A DNA stretch of 56,264 nt, counting the filler, from Platydemus manokwari (lineage: Eukaryota): the NCBI GenBank assembly GCA_037951405.1. It is 5 parts of 5 records of this genome, joined end to end, with 100 filler letters (N's around TTAATTAATTAA, not from the genome) between each part and the next. Parts side by side here need not be neighbours in the genome. Positions count along the whole stretch, not along the records: positions 43,861 to 56,264 come from JBBMOY010153343.1; 4 more parts are not named here. One strand, given 5' to 3'. The notes under the pieces were generated by a model. That model had not been told where the DNA came from and did not search any database. It saw only the letters and a list, made by a program, of their open reading frames with translations. Below, in pieces: positions 47,901-56,264 of this stretch; the stretch's first letter is position 1; each line of letters opens with the position of its first letter. The translations under genes were made by a program, and so were the position numbers.

Positions 47901-50900
47901 GCCAGCGAATATTTAATTTGCAAAATCAAGTTTTAGCCAATGAGGATGAACTGACTTCCGATGATGGAGCTAGTGATGATGATGATGACAATTGTGATGA
48001 TCTCAGGAAATCTATTTATTCAGCATTGGATAATAGGATGGGAATGAATGACGAGGAAGTTGAATTGATGAAAATAAAGAAATCTTTAGAGGTAGAATTA
48101 TTTAAAAATTGTTTTATTTCATTTGAATTTTCTATACATTTTTGTTTTTTAGAAAATACGAATCTGTAAATTATGATCATTAATGTTGTAATAAATTTAT
48201 AAAATTAATATATAATATTTTATATTTGATATTTATCAATGATAATTTTATCTGGCTTCGGTCGTGAATTTTGCATTTATATGTATGCCAATTTTACACT
48301 CATCTATTCTCATCTCATTAACAATTGTGGTTTGTTTGAAGTTCTTTTTATTTTCTCATAATAAGTTTTAATAAATATTGCGATTTATTTACTTTATCAG
48401 AAATTAATCAACTTTTCGATCTATTTATGATGAGATTAACTTTTCCTTTAAATCACACTATAGGGTGTGTGAGATCTCATTTTTGTGATCTTTACACCAA
48501 TTCTAATATTCTAGCGGCCCCTTGGAAATGGATATTCTGCTATTATAAGGGTACATTTCCCGCATTTTGTATTGAGATTAAACATGTACATTACTTAATA
48601 ATATTACATTGATCCAAATGAAAATTAATCTTCCGTACATTTTAAGTAAGTTTTCAGTTAAAAGTTGATAAAAGTCAGTAGATAAAAATTGGTGTTTTAA
48701 TAATTTTAATAATTTCTTTTGTTGTGCACCAAAACAATTCTTTCCACTTATGTTTAGAATTAAGGTTTTATCTTTTAATAATTCAATAAGTATAACACGG
48801 AGAGGCACTTGGATATTTTTGTAACTATTTTTTATCTATTTCACATATATTTATTTTTGAGTGATTTTCTCTTTATAATTTTAGCAATTCGTCCAATGAC
48901 GGACTTTGTTGCCATGATTTTCCCTAATTCGATATAACTAATTGAAGACATTATAAACTTAGCTAACGTTTCACAGTGTTTCATATTAAAATTATAGTTT
49001 TCGCTTAATTATTTTATAAAATATTTTTCACATTACGAAGGAAACATATCAAAACGAATTTTTTTTCACGGAGAAATACTCACATATTAAACCCCTAAAA
49101 TAATTAATATGAAAAATATATGTATAAATTAAAATGGTAAGTAAATGGTCTGCCTGGGGTATATCCAGTAATGTTTGTAAAATTATATACAATCGAATTC
49201 CACTGATATCAATGGATAAGATGATGATATTAAAATGAATTAAAAACTAATTAACAACCGCATCTAGGTTCACCTACAACCAAAAGTTATTAGTCAAACT
49301 AAAACTTTTTAATTAATCTTTAGGAATTTTTATAAATTGAAAGCAGGTTTGTTGTAAATTAAGTATTATGTTTTGTTTATTAAATGAGCCAACCAAATAT
49401 AACTACACTTGCTAAGGTGCTATTAAGCATTCAAGAAAACGAAATTTTTAAATGTTTTAGTGACGTTAAGTGGATATATAAGCGAAATTAGTGACTACTA
49501 GCGCATAGAAGATTGTGAACGAATTTTCAATTAGATTAATATGAAACATGCTCTTATATTTCTCGATAAATTTCAAATCTCTTAAGCAACGGATATAAAT
49601 CCTGGCTTACATTATTGGCCATTATTATTACTCTTGTGAATTATCAAAATAAATATTTTTATATTTTTGAAATGCCTTCCAGAAAGTTTCGATTATTTCA
49701 ATTTCGAAATTTTTGTTGCAAAATTTTATTCAAATGACTATTAATCCTGGATTTTTCTATGATTCCAGAAGCGACCAGATATATCAGAAACGAATAGCAT
49801 GGTCGATGGTGCTGATTTTAGCAATAGTAAAAGCTATACGTGTTTAGCAAGTTCTGAAGCAGCTCGTTCCATTTTAAAATTTAAGGCTCCGGTTCCAAAA
49901 GCCATGCCCAAAGCTCTTTGTATTCGACGTGTCTTGGATAATGGGGATGGAACGAAAACTAATCATTGTCAAACGATTCCTTGGTCTTATATTGTAAAAA
50001 TTTATTTCAAAATGAATCAAGAACACAATGCAGAATACTTACGTGATTTCTGTGGCCTAAACCAGTCCAGGGAAGAAGAAAAGAAAGCTCGCAAAAAACA
50101 GCAAGATAAACTTCGTCGTCTCAAAAGGCAGCAAAAGCAAAAAATGCAGAACAATTTAAATACGGGTGTGACATTAAATTCAAGTAACCCAATGAAAAAA
50201 AAATATCGTCCGAAAATCCCATCCAATGTTCAATTGGAAAACAAAATACACACATCAGAATCTTTGGCAAACATCAATTGTGGTGCTTGTGGAAAGAAGG
50301 GTAAGTATTATCAATCAATTAATTTACTTTTCATATAAATGCAGTTATTAACGTTACAGATATGTATTGATTGTTTTTACTTTATATTTCACCATGTATT
50401 ACATAGATGTTGTTATTAAAGTATAACGTTTCATACATAGGATATAATTCCTTAAATGTAATTTTATATTCATCAACTATCACCATATTCAACATTGGTA
50501 CTTTGCTTGAAATATTTTGATAAATCATAAACGACAATGAATGTGTCAGTTTTTCATTAAACAAAATGTTTGTATTAATAATCTTATCAATATGCACCAT
50601 AGACGTTTTGTACTCTAAATAACCTAGAATTTAGACGTCTAACTTTTAATCATCATTCAATTTAACCATAGAACAAACAGTACAATTAATTTTTCTTATA
50701 TATTTCTAATAAATATTATTTGATAAAATAATTAATTAAATAAAGATACGAAATTATTATTTCTGTTTAATTCTGGTCAGGGAAACAGAAATTAAAATGC
50801 CCTATTTTCATGGTAAGAAATCCGCAGTTGTTACCTGGATCTCAGCGTCTGTGCCCATGATAATACATTAAGATCTGTATCGATTATTTGAGTGCCTTTT

Positions 50901-53900
50901 AATATTCAAGTTTGTATTCCTTTAATGAACCCTGTTCTGCCAAATAAAACCAAACTATATTCTTTGCGCTTCTTGAGTGCTGTTAAATATAACAATTATG
51001 TCAAATATTGAAATTCCTGTAATAAATACTTTAAGAATAGAGTTCTCGTGAACAAAAAACAGAAGATTTTTCATTTTCGCGAATCCTTATACAGAAACGT
51101 AACATCATATGGGCTAAAACATACCGCTATGATACTGGCCACGAGCTTGGTTTAAATGATTTGTGTTCGAACTTCTGTTCATACAAAAGGGAATGAAAAA
51201 TCTTTTGATATTTATATTTTTGATTTCAACTTATCTTCACTGTGATTTATAATTTGAAAGCAATTTCTAAAATTTTAAATAATTAATTAAATAATTTTAT
51301 TCAATTGTATTTATTTTAAATATAATTTTTTAATTTGTATTTATTTGTTCTACAATTACATTATAAGAAGACCAAAAACTAGACCTGTAAATTCTGTCCT
51401 ATTTTAATGTTCTTGATTAATAGTGAACAATGTGTAATGTTGAGAGGAATAAATTATGGTCGACTGACTATATAACGAGTATATTGGTCAGATAGATTAT
51501 TTTATTATATTTAATCATTATTTCTGTCTACTATCATGGTAATATTATTATTAAAAGTGATTATATTAATTGCTATAAATAACTATCATAAATATCATTG
51601 TATAAAGAAATATAATTTATTAAATAATTATATTATCATTATATTGAATATAGTGTAATATTGACAAATATTAATTATTCCTATTGCTCTATTGAGATCT
51701 GATTCGATTATTGAATTTAATGTGTAGAATTTTTGAAATTATATTTTTGAGTTCATATCTTTTGATACTATTTCTATACATTGAGAACACAATCATTTTA
51801 AAATTGTGTTTTTAGTTTTGATTTGATTTTCGTTATTTTAACAATGGTTTTCACTGGTTCATACACATTAAATCTTATCATTTGAAACGGATATTCAATT
51901 TCTGATGAGCAACAATAACTTTGAATTATCTGTATAAATGTTTTCTTTTATTTATTAATGAGGGGAGTCTATTGTAGAATGATGTCTTTTCCTTGAATGA
52001 GTAAGACGGAATATTTTAAAAGCATATAATAATAGAACAGTGATATAATTGTTTTTCATCTTGAATAAATTATTTTCTAAAGATTTATTAAAAGAAAATT
52101 CGTCACAAGGCAAAGTATTGATGTTTTTAATATTCATTAAAGGGCATATGCGCACAAATAAAGAATGTCCACTTTATGGAAAACAAGTGAAGAAGGTATT
52201 TCCCAAACGATCATATCATCGTCCTAATACATCAAAAAATAAAACCATTTTCCAATTACTAAATTCAAATAAGTTAACCAAATCATCAAACAAAAGTGTT
52301 CCATCTAATTCCCATTCATCTGTCGATCTGAATCAATCGAGACAAGTTCTTTCCAATGAATTCGAATATGGTGGTGCAATGGCTCCAGAGATTCAGGAAG
52401 AATATCATGAAAGTATTCAAGTAATATTCATACCGCCATAAATACCAATGTAACATGGTTGTGATTAGGATCAAATAATGAATTCCATTGAACCCGCTAT
52501 ACCATCAAATGATGAAGATGATTCCGTTGCCTTAAAACTCGTTATTCCGAAACAGCTCATTCAACAATATTCAGCACCTTCTACTCAGCTTTCAACTGAA
52601 AGCAAAAATCGTAATATAAAAAATAGAAAACCCAGCAAGGGTAAGGGTTCTCATTTGTTTTATTGATCACAATTATTGCACAATAAAGATGACATAGGAA
52701 ATCAACTTAAACGACAACAATCATCCGCATCTGGCAAACGGTTGGTTAATAAATCAACCACATCGAAAGTGTTCTCCAATAATTTCTTGGCGGTTGCTAA
52801 ACAAAATGAATACATTTTGGAGCAGAAAATGAAAGGTAACAGAAGACGAATCGATCCCAGAGTTGCTCTCAATCACCAATTTGAAGAAATCTATAAAGTT
52901 TAGCTCTTAGTTTTTAATAAATTGTGAACATCGTTTCCAGGGTTTGATGCAAGTGGCAGGGTACCGGTGTTTCTTACATCCAGTTCGAAAACGGGAATGT
53001 CCAAATTATTATTCAGTTATCGATAATCCAATGGATCTATCTACTGTAAAGATGCGCATCAATGACAACTTTTACGAAACCAGAGAAAGTTTTCTCCAAG
53101 ATATTAAATTGATCTACGACAATTGTATAACTTTCAATGGTAACATAACTTTTGTAGTTATATAACTAGCTCGATTGTATATATAATTATATATAACATA
53201 TAAATATTATGTAAAATATAAATAATACTTTTCCATATTATATATAAAATGGAAAAATAAGTTATATAATTATTATATACGATATTTCTCCAGATAAATG
53301 CTGTGAATATTATTCGATTGGCTAATTTTTTATGACATTGATCATTATATTATTTCTTTCAATATTTAATGCTTATCATGACAAATCAGTTAAAGTGGTG
53401 AATTATTTTGATCAGGACCATTGAAACTGCACTCATAATTCTTTCAATACTATTTTTGTATCATTTTATTTTTAAAAAGCGAAAAGGAGTATTTTTTTTT
53501 AAAAGACTCGATGAAAAAACTAGTTAGGTAAATATCAGAACTGGTTCCAGAGATTTTTTATTTCAATTCTCATAATTGGTGTTGTAATATTCTGAATGAG
53601 AGGTTTGATCTTTATTGAAAATATCATTTGTCTGTGAGAATTTGTAATTTTCAGTGTTAACTCGATTGATTTTGTTATCTGATATCTTAATTTCTAAATC
53701 CATGAGAGTGGATATATGTATTATCAATAATTATCACCACGTTGTACTTGAACACCTAAATTTAGATTTTATAACTCAATTAAAGATGTTTCCAAACTAT
53801 GATTACTGATTTTATAATTTCATTTTACATGAATCTCAACTGGTTATTCATTCTATCGATATATTTGAAGATAAACGAGTCAATTTCAAAGTCAAGTTTT

Positions 53901-55190
53901 AAGAAGGACAAATTTAAAATAAGATTATCCCTTATAATGTTTATTTTTGCCGTGGTTTCCAATCAGTGATTATTGGCATTGTCATGGAAACATAAAATAA
54001 TTGTTTGATATTTTTGTGTTAATTCATAATAGATTTCGTCAGTTTATGTGATAGATAAGAGAAACTTGCCAGATATATTTTATAATATTGTGTTATGTTA
54101 GAATTATCGATTTTTTTAAAAGTTCAATCTTATCCCTGATTTTTATAATCTTATTTCAAATTCTACTAATATTTTAATCCATTCCTTTCATAATTTCTAT
54201 TTCCTAAAAATTAATAATAAAAATAAAATTTTATTAGGAGACAAAAGTGAATACTCCAATATTGCTAAACAGCTCATGTCTTATGTTATGGAACAGTTTT
54301 GTGCTAAAGAACGAAAACTGATGCGATTGGAACGATTAGTTAATCCTTTGATGGATGAAGATGATATGGTGGGTATGCGTTATATCCTTGAGCAAACTGT
54401 GATTTCCATGGAAGAAGTCGAACATGCCCGACCATTTCATTTACCTGTTGACAAAAAGAAATATCCTGATTATACCGAAAAGATTTCCAAACCAATGGAT
54501 CTGCTAACGTTGCGGAGTAATATCAAAGCAGATAAATATCGTTCCAGAGATGACTTTTTAGAAGATGCTAATCTAATATTGACTAACTGCGTAGCTTACA
54601 ACGGCGAAAATAGTGTCTTAACTCAAATCGCTAGAAAAATGATTGATGTTGCTCATCAAAAATTCGAAGAAAACGAAGCTACTCTTATTTCATTGGAAAC
54701 AAATCTTAAAGTTCAATATGAAGATGCATCTGACAGTCAAATGGCAGCATCGAGTTGTATGACTGATCATTTGTCTCATATTGGGGATGATCACATATCA
54801 ATTCCACTTGAACATGAAGACGTGTCATTTGACAATGAATCTTGCAATCAACCGCCATCAAAGATTCGTCGATTATCCGAGTCATGGGAAGAAGACAAGG
54901 GTGGTTCTATGTCTACTGGTGCATCAGTCGATGCCAATAGAGAGCGAATAATGGCTGATTTGCATTTGACGGACAGTGAAGATGATGATATTAATGTGTT
55001 AGACAATTCGAATTTCCGAAGAAATGACAATAATAATTTTTCTGAATCCGATGGTGGTGGATCACAGAATAATCCCAATAACAGATCTATTGATATCCAT
55101 TACCAATCGAATTCATCAGATCATCAGGAACTCGCTTATAATCTCCCATCAGATAAATTCAATCAATATTATGACGAAGTAATTTTTTGA
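44937..55190 (+). CDS. TAF1: TFIID subunit 1, 13 visible exons, about 1414 aa, 5'-incomplete
   Basis: Exons 44937-45247, 45309-45525, 45578-45922, 46909-47050, 47099-47313, 47365-47823, 47879-48091, 49769-50300, 52143-52420, 52469-52640, 52689-52897, 52941-53139 and 54238-55190 are phase-consistent. Motifs: IQHSLPAIQL..FFP..RRLHRP, EYSEEYPPLMMQ|TGMA, ALENNMFRAPIY, PTGCGEGFSY, VTGTDADLRKL, zinc knuckle CGACGKKGHMRTNKEC, RRRIDP and two tandem bromodomains. Confidence 0.96.
46030..46620 (-). mobile_element. Decayed R4/Dong/NeSL-like non-LTR retrotransposon fragment in a TAF1 intron
   Basis: KQLHPYRNSNQPITVKLDGKR*L (cf. HPxxxxxRLYLxRxxGGRGL), then FGHGK...GQLPVERQVFGVSCTEQYTI (cf. LHG...GxLxxETEGFxxAxQEQxI), in the expected order after the RT domain. 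Confidence 0.4.
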
Positions 55191-56264
55191 TATTTTTGAT
55201 TATGAATATAAATCAATGGAATGCCGTCATAAAAATATATATAATCAATTATTTTTTATATGGATTGGAAAGTTGATTGCGCAATTCTTTTCAATGCAGT
55301 TATCTATTTCATTTGTCACATATTCGACACATTTTGTTATGTTTGAAGTTTGTTTAATATAATAAAGAACAAAAAAAAAGGAATATCCTGTACCGGTATT
55401 GATAAAATCTCGTTATGTTAACACATGTATAAAACACCAGTCTCATTAATCATTTATATTTCTATGAGTTTACAATATTTACAAAATTGATTTTATGGAT
55501 CCCAAACGTGTAATTTTGACAATTAATAATATGCCATTGTTTAAATGTCTTTAAAAAGAAGTTAAAATGTTTTCCCAATGTTCCATTGTTTGTCATAAAT
55601 CTGAACCTCTTTAATAAAAGCTTTTCACAATGTTTTCACAATATTCCCCCGATTGTTTGATTAATTTAATAGGGCACGAGGATCTTCTTGGAGTTGATCA
55701 TTAAAAATCTTGATAATTATAATCTGGTCCAAAATATATTGATTTTCATTTATTCAGAATTCCGAACATTATTCAGAATCGCAACAAAGTCCGACAAATG
55801 TGAAATTCTACATCAGCGATGATGATTAGGCACTTATTTTTTATTCTGATCAGATTTGTAAATAAAATATCTCTTCGTTTGCTATTAAGCTCAAGATAAG
55901 AAAATTTCTTGATGGATATTGTATGATTTTGTCAGATTGTTATCATCTGACTGCATTTATTATTCTTTATTTGAAAGTTGGTTTGTTTACTTGTATTGAG
56001 TGCTACATTTCCATGTGTATAAGTGTATAATATATGCAATAAGGTGCGAGGGCTTATAATAAGTTGAGCACTATTTTGTATAGATATATATCGGTCTACT
56101 ATTTGTACATTTCTATTGTGATGATGATTTTAACCAATATCGGAGATTATTCTCACTGGTAAAAATTATATTCAATAAATGATTTTTATACATTGGATTT
56201 TGTTGTTTAGTATATGACATTTTACGGTTTTTAATATTTTGTTATTGACCAAAATCGTTACATG

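Overview
Very AT-rich eukaryotic (animal) genomic scaffold, not prokaryotic. It has spliceosomal genes with minimal introns of about 42-60 nt plus a few long introns packed with decayed transposons. Four identical 100-nt artificial linkers (N44-TTAATTAATTAA-N44) join contigs of about 10 kb. The style is reminiscent of a planarian or other flatworm, but that is inference only. Genes I could splice by hand, left to right: (1) an unnamed acidic protein with three copies of an unrecognised 29-aa FxxLFxxSI motif (- strand, 955-1756, 5' end unresolved); (2) a LAP1/LULL1 (TOR1AIP)-like torsin cofactor (-); (3) ARL15 (+), with a 16-nt microexon and a predicted last exon about 14.5 kb downstream; (4) a membrane-anchored CREB3L1/L2-like bZIP factor (-); (5) an AADAC/NCEH1-like lipase (+) whose HGGG oxyanion loop reads HASA, plus a head-to-head, internally deleted pseudogene copy (-); (6) TAF1 (+, 13 exons, about 1414 aa, one GC-AG intron, N-terminal part not visible). 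Mobile DNA: a decayed Polinton/Maverick (packaging ATPase and protein-primed PolB) interrupted by a decayed Ty3/Gypsy element, further Polinton fragments, an RTE-type LINE 3' end that has expanded into a 60-bp minisatellite, an R4/Dong-like LINE fragment and a hAT-like MITE. I see no convincing new multi-gene system. The best leads are the triple-repeat orphan protein, the divergent ARL15 and lipase active-site motifs, and two ORFs that begin at splice acceptors with no visible start exon.
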